Positions 29,704 through 44,100 of a stretch of 64,000 nt of DNA are shown here, in pieces. The stretch lies in the NCBI GenBank assembly GCA_973851085.1, contig OZ316776.1, positions 4,030,001-4,094,000 of the forward strand, written 5' to 3'. Each line of letters starts with the position of its first letter. Position 1 is the first letter of the stretch. The position numbers and the translations under genes were made by a program. Source of the stretch: Ptychomitrium polyphyllum. Its lineage: Eukaryota. The notes below the pieces were generated by a model. It ran no database searches and was not told where the DNA came from. It saw only the letters and a list, made by a program, of their open reading frames with translations.

Positions 29704-29775
29704 TACCAGAAGCAGCATTAGAAGTCTTATCGGAAGTTGTATCAGTAGTGGTATCAGGTGTAGTATCAGAAGTCC
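29704..29775. repeat. Six degenerate 12-bp units (consensus TATCAGAAGTNG) in the CNGC 3' region
   Basis: taccagaagcag cattagaagtct tatcggaagttg tatcagtagtgg tatcaggtgtag tatcagaagtcc. Confidence 0.7.
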
Positions 29776-30590
29776 TTTTCAGCATTACTAAGGTAGGGAG
29801 CAGCGACTGAAGTAGTTTGACGAAGTCTACAGTTGTTTTTATTTGTTTCGCATGGTTTCTCTATTGTGGCAGTTGCCATATGTATTAATATCAGTACCAG
29901 AAAAATTGGGTATCATCTAGGAATTATACAATGGGGCCTTCTAGAATTTTCCCTTTTTCCCCTTTACCAACACCACGCTAGCCCTTGAACGGAGGGTTGG
30001 CAAATGTTGAGGGCATATAAGAATCGCTGGCTTAGAAGAGTGGCACTAATTTTCTCTTTTAAGAGGGCATTTTATCAAAAAATTTAAGCAGCAGTGGATA
30101 CCCCCTTGGGCTTCAAGGGGTTGATTAACATCGCTGTGGAGTCTGAGAAAGCTAAATGAAAACAAATGATGCTCTCAAATTGAGAGCAAAAGTTGTATGG
30201 TAATGGATCGTACTCAGTGATTTATGCATATAAGTTTAAATGTACCAGTATAGTGGAGAATCGTTTACAGCAGTGGGATGGATCTTGATTTCTCCTTCTC
30301 GTTGAAAGAAATTCATAAAATTTTGGTAGGCAGTGTAGCTCTAAGGCATATTGCTTGACATAGCAGAGAGAAGTCAACTTAATTGAGGATTAAGAGTATT
30401 AAGAAGAGAATATATCGCAGTAATGATCGCTTTAATGCTTCGTATCTCCAGTTACACAATACAATTGGGCGGCTGAGGGAGTCTACGGTCTGCTAAATCC
30501 TACGTAATGAAACAATAGATAATAAAAACAGGGAACAAGATTGCTACGGTGTCAAAAATTGGTTGAGCAAAGACAACGAGAAAATCTGCC

Positions 30591-33500
30591 TCATTGCCTG
30601 CGCCGCTTGGACTTGGGTGCGCCAGAACCCTTTTGGGCCTTAGAAGGCTTGGGAGAGGAAGTAGGAAAAGGCTTTGAAGAAGTGCTTAGAAGTGTAGATC
30701 TACGAAGGGCATCCAAAGGTTCAACTGCCTCTTGGCCAATCACAAGAAGCTTACCTTTTGCAGGCACATTGTTTACTGGGCTGGCAGGTACCTTGCCACC
30801 TTTCTTATTTAACTTTGGGGCTAATTTTGGAGTCGTATACTCCATCAGTTGTCTTGCAAGTGCTGGAGTAATTCCCGACTGCATAAACCAGTAAAATGAA
30901 CCACGTCAAAACAACTATGTACATAATCAATAGAATGTGTTCAACATCAATCAGAAGATACAATGGTAGCACGAAGGATCAAGATCTAATTTGACAGGGT
31001 GTTGGATGGACACATACGCCAGTGACGTATCGCCGAGAAAATGCCTTCGGTTCCAGTGGCTGTTTCAAAAGCTCTTGCAGCTCCTGTAAAATACGCCGAA
31101 GAAGTCAATCTCTAGTGCCCTCCACTCACTTCCACATTATTGAAGATTGAAACATAGAAACCAAAACCAAGGAAGAGAAGCCACCTGTTGCAAAGACTGA
31201 ACTTTCATTAATTCTCGCTTCTCCACAGGCACCTTGACTGATGTCTCGTCGTCATCGTCACTATCTTCAAGCTCAAGTTCTAGAGCCTCTGCATTGCGTT
31301 TGGTCCAAGACTGCTTCACTTTAGTCTGCCAAGTCAGCCACCACAAACCTTAGCTTTCATGGAATTTCCCAAGGGTGCAGATATGGTCATCGCTTCTCCA
31401 TAGTTCATTTCATTCCCACAGCTTCACTAAATCAAATTTAGTGTGACGTCCCACAACTTGATCAAAACCTGATCATCCTACACAACCTACTCCTCTGCAC
31501 TAAAGACCTTGATTAAAATCATCGAATCCAATGACAAATTTTACCTGCTGATGTTTCCGCAACACTTTATCGACCTGGAATGCTAAACTAATACGCTTCA
31601 AAATTGCTGGAACATAGGTCACATCTATTGGAAAAAACGGCAATCCATTTTCCTGCACTCAAGTTACCCACAATTAGCAGTCCACCACTGACAAGTCTCA
31701 CAATGTAGGAGTTTATACTCGAGCCAACAACCGTACAATAATCATCCGTGAAGTCCGGACCAGGACTGCCTTAACAACCTTGTAAACTCAGTATACCGGT
31801 AGTTGCACAATCTGAGTTATGGGTTACCTAACACCCATACTGAGTCTATCATGTCTATCATGTCTATAGCACAGAGCATAATAGAACTGTACGCTAATAT
31901 AAAATTCTGAAAGACTGTTCTGAAAGAGGACACACGATGTAAAGAGGATAGAGAACCAAGACTTTTGTACTGCGAATACCTACCTTATCGAGAGCGCGAC
32001 ACAGAGTAGTATACTTTGCACGATCTGATGGAGAAATAATGGCAATACTAATACCATCAGTATCTGCACGTGCAGTTCTCCCACTTCTGTGCACATACAT
32101 CTGCACAATAGAGCAAGAACAAGGTGATAAGCAAATAGGGTTGCACTTACAGAACGATGACCAAAAGGAGCAATTAAAAAGTAACGAATTGTATAATACT
32201 AACGACATTTCTTGTCAGAAAAATGTTTCAAATGTAATAGTGATAAGGAAGAAGACAATGACAAGTGAAATATAAAAACTACCATAGTGCTATAATTGAA
32301 TCGCTCTAAGCATTTGCTTAAGCAATAAGCAGTATCAGGCAAGCAAAGATCACTCTAAGCAACAAATTACCTCAGCAGAGTGGGGCAATTGATAATGAAT
32401 CACAGTTCGAATACCAGTCACGTCTAAACCTCGAGCTGCCACATCTGTTGCCACCATCACGCAATCTGCAGCAGCTTTGAATCGATCCATTGCCTGGTTA
32501 GGTGCACCAAACTTGTGATCAGCAATGCTCCTTCAGCAGCAAAAGACATCAGATATACAATGGAAAGGACTTGTAAGCATCAATAAGACCCGCAGCCACT
32601 TGGATATACATTTACATAAGCCCTAAGATATGAACTGTCTTGATGAACTTAGACTAAAAGTACTGTTTTGAACAGCCCGAAAAAGAAACAAAAGGAAAAC
32701 TGAAAATCGAAAACAGGGAAGACAGCGTGGCACCTTTAGTCGCTGTTTCTGTTGCATTTGAGCATGCAGCGGCCAAACAGGAACTTTCAAAAGCCGAAGA
32801 ATCGCTGTTACCCTCCGAAGAGCGGCAATAGATGTGCAAAACACTAATGTTCGCCCACAACCATGCACTTTTAAGATGTAATACAGATATGCATCCTTTT
32901 CTTCGTCACGACACCTGCATAGAAATAATCCCATCAGTAAAAAACAACAGTAAGAGATACTTCATTTCACAACCTCTACGAGTCCGACAAGTCTAAAATG
33001 TTGTAAGGACTTCAACAATAGCCTATCCCAAGATGACCAACTGAAACTAGCTGCAAGACACATCATATCATAGAGTATAAGCTATATGATTCTGTAACAA
33101 CCGTGTTGCTGCATTTGATGAATAGTTGATAGCAATAAAACTGTCAATCAAAGCAAACCACAGACTCTGCACATCACTCACTCTATCACGGATTCTTCAA
33201 GCTTCTTAGCAAGTATGTCTTTGGTAGTAAGGTCAACTATCGCTGCGTTGCTTCTCATGGAAGCCTTCTGAATAAGAGATGCCACTGAATATTCGTTCTT
33301 CTTTGACACGCTCTTATCTTCAAAAAAACCTCTCTTCAGCTTCTTCTTGAAACCTGGGGGCAGTGCTAATGTAGCTGAAAATACTAGCGTTTGCCGCTTC
33401 TTCGCCGGTTCAATAATGATAGGGACTAGAAAGTCTTCATCCATAGCCACGTCTTCTGCTACTACTTGCTGATCTGCATCTCCTTGTTCATCATCTTGCT

Positions 33501-36422
33501 CATCATCCACATCTTGCTCTTCGTCTTCATCTTCTTCAGCATTATCATCATCAGAGTCAGGATAAATCTCAACATTCGCATCTTCTTGCTCTTCATCTGC
33601 ATCCTCTTTTCGGGTTTCCCTTCTCCTTTTACGCCTTTGTGGTGGCTTTTCATCATCTGCAGATAGTTCACGTTCTGTCTTTGGCAGCATGTCCATAATC
33701 GTCTGTAGTTCCTTAAAGTGACCTCTTTCCACCATACGATCAGCCTCATCCAAGACAAAGAATGAGAGCTGTGATAGCTGCAATCAAGAAGAATCAAAAG
33801 TCGTCATCAGTGAATAGCGAAATAGCCAAGGGTACAGACAGGAATTGACATTCACTCATGCACTTCTCTTCTCAGTATTACTGATGTTCGTATGTAAAGA
33901 AAGCTTACATCAAGAAGATGCGATTCACCGGCACTCATAAGCTCCCATAAACGTCCAGGTGTCCCAACCACTATCTGTGGGTGATACCCGAGTAGTCGCT
34001 GTTGCTTTTGAAGGGCCATCCCCCCAACAATGGGCACCACATTGGCATTTGTGAACTGAGCCACTGCTCTTAGGTGATCACACACCTACCACAAGATAAC
34101 AAAACAAACGTTTACACCACCTTAGCTACATATGAAAAATTATGCTAGAAATTCTCAGACAACTGGCCCAAATGCCTAGATTACCACTTATGACGATGAC
34201 GAGCTTTTCATGGGAAAAAAGCTTAAATTTTCCCAGCAGATAGCAGCATCAATTCGAAACATTCAAATTGAACAATATAACATAGCATCTTTCTATAATA
34301 AATTGCTTTCAGTAACCTTGGAAATGACAAAAACTAGGCAAGAACAACAAGCACTGAAGTTATCATCTGATGATTGTTTCAAAGTCCGCACCTGTAATGC
34401 AAGTTCCCTCGTGGGAGTAATGATGAGAGCACGCAAGGGACCTCCAGATTGTTTCTTGGTGGCCTTCTCAAACTCTGACTTTTTATGGTTCTTTTCTTGA
34501 TCATCCAGAAGCCGTTGCAATATTGGGAGGCCGAATGCAAGAGTCTTTCCCGATCCTGTCTCAGCGGCTCCTATGACATCCTGGACAGCCGTACAAAAAG
34601 AGTAGAATCAAACAGCAAGCATTGAAATCGCATAAGGCTAGTATGCAAAAGGAGGAGAATATTTATGATGAATTTCAGAACTAACTGATTCAAAGGATGA
34701 GACGAAACTAGGGCACTAATACGCGAACTTAGGATTTGAAAACTGATCACTCACCTTTCCCTGGTAAGCAGCAGCAGAAATGCAGGCCTCCTGAATGGGA
34801 GTTGGCATCGAAAATTTTAACTTCATCAAGGCTTTCATTAGAAAAGGGTGAAGCCTAAGTCGAGCCCAAGCTGACATGTCAATTTCCTCTACCTCAACGT
34901 CTTCACTAGAATGTAATTTCTCTAACCTCTCAATTTCCATGTCTTCGCGTTTACGCAAGTCCTCTTCAGAAATTTCCTTTCCGACTGTATGGTTCCGTAT
35001 CTTGTCGACCCCTGAGTACGACAGTAAACCTGAATGAGTACGGTGTTCGTGATACAGTAATCACAGAATCGTTATAGCCATCGACACAAACGACTTGCGA
35101 CATGTTTGATACCTTTCTGCTCCTTTTGCTTCTGCAACTTGAGGAGTCTCCGCGCTTTGGAACCAAGCTTGACTTTCTTTTGCGAGACGTCTTTAAACTC
35201 CAAACCTACCTCTTTGACATTCTTAGGTGTGCCCTTTTTCTGGGGTGTGCTCTTTGTCATGGGCGTACTGTCCTTCGGCTTCAAAGCATCAACGTCAGGT
35301 ACATCCTCTTTCACATCCTTGGTTGTGCTTCCTTCAATGTCTCCTGCAATAGTGCTGACTACCGGACCCACTACAAACAACGGCTTACTCTTTCCCTTAG
35401 CCGACTTCTTCTTAGTTTGTGTCACTCCTAATATAGGACTATCTTCAGGTACCTGTGATACTTCAACCTCTGAAGGAGAAGAAGCCACTGCATTCTTCAC
35501 TACTTTGAGTTTTTTGCCTTTTTGTTTCGTTTTCTTATTCTTCTGATTGACTTTAAAAGGCCCTGGAGTTCTCACGTCAGATGCAACAGTTGCTTCGACC
35601 TGTTCAGGTATCGAGGAAGGACTCTCAACCTTCTTATTGGAATCAGTTGTCTTCGCTATAACAACTTCCTTCCCGGTTTTCTTCCTCTTTTTTTCCTTAG
35701 ACTTCTTGGGATCTTCATTGACTTCTGGAATGGCACCAAGAAGATTCTCGCTATCCTCAGTACCACCCACAAATACATCACCGTCAATCTCTTCAAGTGA
35801 CATGAACCCTGCATGCATAACAGAGTTACAATTAAGGGTTCAAACAAGCTACACGGAGAGACTAAGCAGCAACTATAATTCTTGCAAGAGACATGAATAT
35901 GGATAATACGAAACAACGGAAAATATCTAGAAGTGAATACAGTAATTTACAACTAACGTCCAACGCCACAATACCCGCAATACTTTGTCTCAATACTGTG
36001 ATCCTCAAAATTGTGCAGACTCATCAAATTCAATCCCCAGTAAGCAAAGAGATACTCGAAACAACTTTCTTATGCTTCGAGGAGCCCTACTTGCCCCAAA
36101 AAACACTTTTCCAGCCGTAAAAAACAAAAGTCTCGGGTCCTTAAACCTTAAACCCTAAACCCTGCATCAAACTGTAACACCAATTCTTACAATCCAACAT
36201 ATCTTCAAATTAGCAGACGAAGAGCACCAGAAGAACACAAAACGAGCATTCACCTCCTTCATCGCTGCCCACAAGAACTGACAACGGATCGTTGGGAGTA
36301 ACATTCTTCCAGGCGAGAGAATTCCCCCACACTACACCTCTTGATCCGCGAACTCCACCAGGCCTCTTCCTCTTCCCCGCGTTGCTTTCACCCCCTCCTC
36401 CACTCTTCCTCGCCTTCCCCAT
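30591..36422 (-). CDS. RH13: DEAD-box RNA helicase of the RH13/DDX24/Mak5 type (multi-exon)
   Basis: Q motif (PTPIQ), [31 protein letters not shown] followed by an acidic insert, [28 protein letters not shown] and HRSGRTAR. N-terminal [14 protein letters not shown] at 36422 and TGA at 30591. Confidence 0.9.
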
Positions 36423-36985
36423 CTCAATATCCAACGCCCCTCCACAACTCACCAATCGCCCACCAACGCTCCAATAAAATGCAACGCACTCCCAAAACCC
36501 CCCAAAGAACCGCAATCATCTCCTGATCCTTCACTCTCCAGTACTCCAATCCACACACTTCACATCCCAAATCCCACCTCTCAACAATAGACTGAACACA
36601 ACACCAGAGAAATCTGAGAAGCGGGCGCCGCGAGCTCCACGGCCTGCACCTACGCCTTCAAGGACTGTAAAACTTAAAACCGTCACCAGTTCCATAGACC
36701 ACCTATATCTACATCAGTTTGAAATTTTATATACCAAATTTCATAATTTAACCAGATTATGTCGGGTTTTAGATACACTTACAAACAATCATTTTGCAGG
36801 GAATTGATGTCATCTTCGAAAGTCGTGGTTTCTGAACACTGACATGTAGTAACTCAATAGATGGTGGTGGTTTGTGAGCTCTGTGACGGTTTTGGGAGAC
36901 TGATATCTCTGAAGGGCAACAAGGCAGGAAGAGCTCCTGGCAAGCACGACAGCGGAGCTCTTTCTTCGTTCTGCTGCAAAGTATC

Positions 36986-37023
36986 CACGGATTCACGGAT
37001 TTACGGATTCACGGATTCACGGA
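36986..37023. repeat. ~4.8 x 8-bp tandem repeat (CACGGATT) between the divergent RH13 and CSN6 genes
   Basis: cacggatt cacggatt tacggatt cacggatt cacgga. Confidence 0.85.
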
Positions 37024-37490
37024 GAGAGGGAGACGGAGATACTCGTCGTGAGATCACACGTGGATTGCGTCTTCAGTAGGAGTTTCGTCTGGGAGGGGTT
37101 TTGGTAATCTGATTGTGCAATCTCAGATTTAGGGTTTGGTGACCTCGCCGCTGTGAGGTTGTGACGTTGCGGGACAGGATTGTGATCAGCCGTGGTGGGC
37201 GAGAACGTACTGTGAGCCGTTGGGTGTGTGGAGACCGATCGATCGTGTGAGTTCTTGGTATCGTTTGGTGTGGAGGGAGCATTAGGGTTAGGGTTTTGAG
37301 GTTTTGGGCATTTCGGGGATTGAGAAACCGGGTTGCTCGCGCGGTTTCGTTGGATTGGGAGGGTTTTTCGGGTTCTCTGTGGCAGTGGGGTTGGAGTTCG
37401 GTTGCAGGGTTTTGGTTTCGTAAGCTGTCGGTGTGGGTTTTGTAACGGGAGGCTTTAGAGGGAGCGGGCCGAGAGAGAGATAGGAGAGAG

Positions 37491-40400
37491 ATGTCGTCAA
37501 GCAGTGGATTGACGTTCAAGTTGCATCCGCTAGTGATTGTGAACATCTCCGATCACCACACTCGGATTAAGGCACAGACGCAGGGTGCTGGTCGCCCGCC
37601 TCGCGTGTATGGGTGTGTGTTAGGGGTGCAGACGGGGCGCACCGTTGAGATTTTCAACAGTTTTGAGCTACTTTATGATCCAGTGGCGGACGTCTTGGAT
37701 CGTGCTTTTCTCGAAACCAAGCAAGAGCAATGTGAGTTCAACTTGTTGTGGAATCATGCCCTTGAAGACATCGGCCACAGTAATTGGTTTCGTGTACGAT
37801 GTTTAGATTGCTGTGACAGTGTTATTGTTTGCGGAGATGCTTGAATTGCAATCTGTTTGGAAGTTTTAATTTGCGGATTTGGTCTTTCTTGTAGCTGGTT
37901 GTTTGGTTTGTTCAGGTTTCAGATTTTGGATTTATGAAGGGGGTTAGATTTAGTCTTTTTGGTTTCTTTTTCACGTGTCCCGTTACTGTATTACTGTCAC
38001 TGAGTGGCAGATGGCTTCAGGTCCGTCTTCACGATTTCACTGCATTATAAATATTCTGAATAGAAGACGAATGATCACCGATGTTAGCCAGCAGGCTCCA
38101 TATTTGACTCGCTCAGCAATTCTGCACCATCTTTATGTCTCGGTCGCCTTTAGAGCATGAGCGCCGATGTACATATGACCTAAATATTTGTTTCACGACT
38201 CTTTGAACACTACAGTAGATATTTTTTTACTTGAGAAGAAGCGTTGACGTGGAATTTACCTTGATTTGGTGGCAATAGACAAGAAGGTGTTCCCTAAGTA
38301 TGATGTTTTGGGCTGGTACTCGACCGGGAGCGATGTACAGGACTCGGACATGCACATCCATAAAGCCGTAAGTATCGAAAAGTCTCAAGCACTGCATGGA
38401 TGTTTCACGTATCTTGTGCATCTTAGGAGGCTTTGTCTATTCGTAGTCTCTTTGGGTCCTTTTATTCTATCATCCGATTATATTAGTATATGTTGGTGTT
38501 GTTATGTTTATACGAAGGAGACCTATAGTGGGGAATGGTTCGGTCTTATTGTGTTTGTTATGTCTACTCCTGTCCCTTCTAAGTCTAGGAACCTAACGTG
38601 TGTTCGCTCTCTTTCTCAGCTCATGGACATTAATGAGAGTCCAGTGTATGTGCTACTGAATCCTACTATCAACCATGCACAGAAAGATCTTCCAATCAGT
38701 ATTTTCGAGAGTGGTGAGATATTTTGGACTGTGAACTTGTGTTCAATTTTGCAACTTCAGATTGAACAAAACGTTTTTTGGCGTGGTCGCTTTTTTTGCA
38801 CTTAAAAATTAGAAATATTATATTTCTGGGTTTCTAAGAAGTTTCAGGGTGACAGACTTTTACTGCAAAGAGTTTATGATATTCAAGCGTTGTTACAAAT
38901 CTATTCTTAATGATGTTTTTGTTTTGATTTGAGAGTGTATACATGCTAAGTGTACTGTATTTGATCTATTCTTCTTCTTGGTGTACCTTCTTTTCATACG
39001 TCCTTGCAGAATTACATGTGATTGATGAAGTTCCCTCCCTCATATTTGTCAATGCAAGCTACACCATTGAGGTACTAGTTTTCTCAACATGTATTTTCCG
39101 CTACAGGCCTTCTCCCCCTGTTTCGATCCTGAAATTTATCTGTGTTTCTGTCCCGTTCTGAGCATGGAATGTGTCTTTGCTTCTCCAGACGGTTGAAGCA
39201 GAGCGAATATCAGTGGATCATGTGGCACACATAAAGCCTTCCGACGGGAGCTCTGCTGCAACACAACGTACAAAATCTTATTTATTCTCTCCTTTTTGTT
39301 CTGTTTCCTAGTGTGCAAGAAGAAACGTTTATTTATATTTAATTATTTCAGTTGAAAGACATCACTCAAAGCCTCAAAAGAGTAGATAATACCAAAAGTT
39401 ACTTTCTGATGTAATTTGAATTCAAAAACGAACTGACTTCTATCGTTTTTCAATTATTGACTAGACTTCTCCTGTTTTATGTTGTAACTGCGCTACTTCG
39501 AGTGCATTCTTTGTGTGTTGGAATATCGTACATCTGACACATTTTTATGTCATAACAATATGGGTGCATACCACTTAGTATCAAGTAACCTGGTGCTCAT
39601 ATTGCCAGATTTGTGGACGTTGTTGTCTCTGCAGTTGCTGCACACTTGACAGGGATGCATAGCGCCATTAAGATGCTCAATAGCCGAATTCGAGTTTTAT
39701 ATCACCATCTTGTTTCCATACAGAAAGGTATAATGCAAATAAACTCATCCTCTGTTCTGTGATTTCTTATTTCTATTTGAGGGTGTATGACACTATTCGT
39801 GATTTACACAACTAAAGGCTGCGACAATTCTGTTCGGTCATTGTGTCTTATTTCCTGCGGCGCTTGTGAATAGGGGATGCTGAGTACGAGCATTCTCTAC
39901 TTCGTCAAATTTCAAGTCTAGTGCGGAGACTACCAGCAATTGATTCTCCTAAGTTTCAAGATGACTTTCTCATGGTGGGTATCCGCCTCCTTACGAATCA
40001 AACACAACCTTATGCTCATGGTAGCTGAAATAGGATTGAAAATTGTATTTAGAGAGGTTTCTCTTGCTTAGCTATTTGTTCTTTGTCTTCATTTAAGACC
40101 ATCGCTCATCTTCTTTAGCATACCGACTTACTCTTTTTTTAATGCACTTTGGCAGGAGTACAATGACACCTTGCTCATGACTTATTTGGCTACGATTACC
40201 AAATGCTCGAGGTACACAATGGTGGCCATTATTTTGAAAATTGATGGAAACTTTTATCAAAATTACTATGCATGAATATTTTAAGTCCTTTTCTTTTTCC
40301 TTTCTCTTTTTCTTTGTTCTTGTCTACGTTCTCAAAATCGGCTAGCCAGGTTGGTTGTGACTATTGGAACTAATTTCTAGCACAGCTGTTAAGGCTACCC

Positions 40401-40875
40401 GAGTTGATGGACTTTAAGCACAAACCATATGATGAAAACATCTTAGTTTGAACGTAAACTTTCTTTTGGCTCGAATTCCGTTCCAGCTCTGTTAATGGTC
40501 ATGCTTCCGTATTCCCAAGTGGCATTTCAGGTTGTTTCCTCTATAATTTAAAACGCCCTTATATTCCAGCTACCCGTACCGTCCTTTTGGGCTGGTGCTG
40601 ATAAGAGTGCTTCAAGTCATAGATAACTCTTGCAGTATCAGCTCAATTTGATATTCCACGTGCTCGTTTGTACTCTGCATCCTCCTTGTTTCCATAATCT
40701 CCTATTACATTCGTGCTTCTCTGCCTATGTAATCGTCTTTTGCTGTTAAGATACATGTTTACTTACAGAATAAATTATTACTGTTGCTTGCAGTACCATC
40801 AATGAGTTGGTTGACAAATTCAACACAGCTTATGATAAGCAAAATCGACGGGGTGGACGGAGTAATTTCATCTGA
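37491..40875 (+). CDS. CSN6: COP9 signalosome subunit 6; exons 37491-37731, 38279-38367, 38620-38713, 39010-39071, 39189-39267, 39635-39727, 39874-39974, 40156-40211, 40794-40875
   Basis: MPN- domain motifs FKLHPLVIVNISDH, GRTVEIFNSFEL, YKKVFP...LGWYSTG, TVEAERISVDHVAH, HSAIKMLNSRI and LLRQISSLVRRLPAI. Confidence 0.94.
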
Positions 40876-43571
40876 TTTGATTTCTCGACAATGGCCAGAC
40901 TTGTATAGACTAAAGCATCAGCTAAGGTACAGTCTTTGGATGGTATCTTAGTACTAGGATAGGTTGTGCAAGCAACTGCTCACTGACACGAAGTTGGTTA
41001 TAGATGTGGTACATATTGCCTTTGCCCAATTTATGGCTCTGGCTTCAGGAAGGTAATCTGGGTGTAATGTGACGGAAAACTATCTAAGCACGTGATAGCT
41101 TCTTCTAATGCACAAATCTAATTGTGAAGAGTTGAAGAAGCTTATACCTTTATGTCAAAGGTAGTGAGTTTTGATATTGTAGTTGCCTATATGCGTTCTT
41201 TAACTGATAGTCTCAATACTCTTTGTTGATTCCAGCTGCACGTACGACCGTCAGGACTGGAATTACGGTTTTGATAGGAATTTAGCAAGGATCGTGCCCA
41301 ATTTGCGAGACCAGCACTGAATGGTCTTGGTAACTTCGTCGATGCAAGCCCTGGTCACAATGATCCGTGTATATGAATCCTAACGAGTTCTAAACACTTC
41401 GTGTTTACTCACTAGACATTTACTAACACCCCTTGGATGTTTGGACGTCTGGACAATGATTCCCCCTTGATTATTGCTGTGTATGATCCACAGCTTTCGG
41501 AAACCCTGGAGGTGTCATTTGTTCAAATAAGTCGAGTTTTAAAACCTAGTTGCCGGAATTCTGTAGTGCATTACTTTCCAACCTCTAGTAACTCACAGGC
41601 AGCTACACGCACAATCAACCAGGCAAAACAACGACGTGCGCACCTCGCAGCTTGTTTTAGCTTGTTTTAGTTACTCTGCGCAGGCATGCTGGCGAAGACA
41701 GTAGGCGCCTTCTGAACTATACTCACCTAGAGAAACTGCAACGATGGATAAGTCAACCACTCTCGACCAACTACATCTGCACGCTCTAACTAACAATTCA
41801 AAAACGACTGTTTCCTCATACGCCCAAAAAGAAAACCGCTCAACTTCACAACAGCCAATTTCTCTTTCTCGCTGTCTCAGTTTCTGTTTCTCCCTCTCAC
41901 CTTGTATTCCCTTCTTGTGTTGTTTATTAGTCCAACAGCTCTTATCCCACACATGAGCTTCACACCTCCCAAATGGCCAAATCAAGCACAAGCCAGACTG
42001 GAACTCAGTCTTCACAAAGTCTGTGGTTTTCAGGAGTTTCAGTGTGTTTTGCAGAACTCTCCTCTTTTGGAAGAATTTAACAGATAACTCTAATGTTTGT
42101 AGGAGAAGAAAACCTTTTGTTGTTGTTGAAGGGATCAGTGTTAATGAGTGTCCCTTTGTTCCAAGTGTGAATGAGTGTCTCTTTGTTCCACTACTAAGTC
42201 CTTCCACTACTAAGTACTACTATAGGAAATAGACAACATGGATAAGATACCAAGTTTCAAGCTAATTTGTGATGCATAATCATGTTGAATATATTAGTTT
42301 TGTATGTACAAAGAATGAATGCCAAATCATGAATTCAATTTGTTGGTTGGATGTAAGTATATATTACATTTGTTTATTTTAGGTTCAAAATTGGATGGAC
42401 TTAAATGAGGGGTGTGTAGCATATAATGAATTAGCATTCTAATGTGAGCAATTTGATAGGCAAGATAATGTATTTGGATTTTTATTAAATGCAATTTTTG
42501 TCCTCCATACAGCAGTATTTCCATGCCATAGACATTTCCAACTTTTACAAATAAAATCTATAATAGTAATTAATTCATTATAAGCAATTTTAGATGTAAT
42601 GAATCTTTCAACTACATTTGTGAATTTTTAAGTGGCCAAGCAAATCATCTTGAGATTTATTCATATTTTAAGATTTCATGAAGTAGAATTATATGTAGAT
42701 TTAATGAAAAAAAAATTCAAAGACATGAAAAGTATATATATTATGTATTTGTTTAAAATTAAATTTAGTAACTAATAGTAATATGAGCTAATACTACCTT
42801 CCTTTCAATGTATATAAAGTGATCTCAACAATATCAAACAGACTTTGATTATATTTCTCTATCATGTTTAAAAAACATAATCTACAAACTATATCACATA
42901 TAGTAAATTAATTCACTTTTAAACTATTTATTCACCTTCTAAAACTCTATACAACCATGTTTGGATTAAAGCACTATTTTGGAATTAGTAGCCTTCTTTT
43001 ATTGGCTTGCAATTTTGATTATTTTTGGATCATGGCATTCAAAAATGAAATCAACATGTTCTTCATTTTTCAAATATAAAATTTTAAAAAAAGAAAATAT
43101 TATTATGGTATTAAAAAAATTATTAGTTAAAGAAACCAATGATCTAACATTTTTTATCACAATACTTCTTACATAATTTGCCTTACATGCTACTAATACT
43201 TTCAACCAATCATAAAATATATTCAAAGTCCAAATACAAAAATCACATTTTTGGAAGATTTCCAAAACTTTATAAGTAAATGACTATGAACTATTTTGAA
43301 TAAGATCCAAATTTTACTTTCCAAATCCAACCATACAGAGAGTTTCTATGCGTTATGCCTAGAATATCTTCTATTATAAAAAGCTGACAGTTTGTTACAT
43401 GACATAAAATGCAAACCTAGAACAAAGTACAAGACTCTTGGGCTCAAGACTCTTGGGCTCCGTGGGCCTCATAATCGCTTTCTGAACATAGAGTGCGTCC
43501 TACAAGGGCGTACTATCATACCATGTACCTATGTCATGAGGGCACAGACCGACTGCTTGCTGAAATTGGAG

Positions 43572-43943
43572 TCATTCCTCTCTCCTTCCAAGTAGCCCGT
43601 AGAACCATCTACATAACGAAGCCCTAGCACCGGTCCCCGGAAGAGTAGAGTTCCTTCCCTTCCTTGGGATACCTCTCCAATCCAAATCCCCTTCCATCTC
43701 AAAGATCTCAATTGCTTCATTGTCAATCAGGTCATCTGAGGTCACAGCAGGCACCCGTGTTGACAGTCCAGCAACTAATTTAAACTCACAATATGTGGCG
43801 TTTGTGTCATGATCAATGACTACGAAACTCTCTTTGCCAGCTGGGGAAGCTGGAATTGTGCTGATCTGTTTATAAACTCCTGCACTGCCTTGCTTCACTG
43901 TAATTATGTACTTCGTTTTGTTGATAAATTTGTATTTAGCCAT
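43572..43943 (-). CDS. Small single-exon protein of unknown function (123 aa), probably a bryophyte-restricted beta-rich family
   Basis: Clean ATG-to-stop ORF in an AT-rich context. The motifs FINKT...VKQGSAGVY, DTNATY.EF and TSDD resemble a moss/liverwort family that I recall only from memory (possibly DUF7748). This is unverified. Confidence 0.6.
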   Translation of the reverse strand: MAKYKFINKTKYIITVKQGSAGVYKQISTIPASPAGKESFVVIDHDTNATYCEFKLVAGLSTRVPAVTSDDLIDNEAIEIFEMEGDLDWRGIPRKGRNSTLPGTGARASLCRWFYGLLGRREE

Positions 43944-44008
43944 TGGATGCTGTCAGATGTGTATAAGCCCTGTACGTGAAGAATGTAGAATGGAGAATGG
44001 AGGAGTCT

Positions 44009-44100
44009 TGTTAGTTGCACATGATAGTTACAACAACCTCAATTATATGACACATGTTAGTTGCACATGTTAGTTACAACAACCTCAATTATATGACACA
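44009..44100. repeat. 46-bp tandem duplication (1 mismatch)
   Basis: tgttagttgcacatgWtagttacaacaacctcaattatatgacaca x2 (44009-44054 and 44055-44100). Confidence 0.9.

Noticed and set aside
41650..42210. Possible solo LTR or 178-aa ORF downstream of CSN6
   Set aside because: No target-site duplication or PBS/PPT was found, and the ORF has no recognisable motif and includes a tandem duplication.
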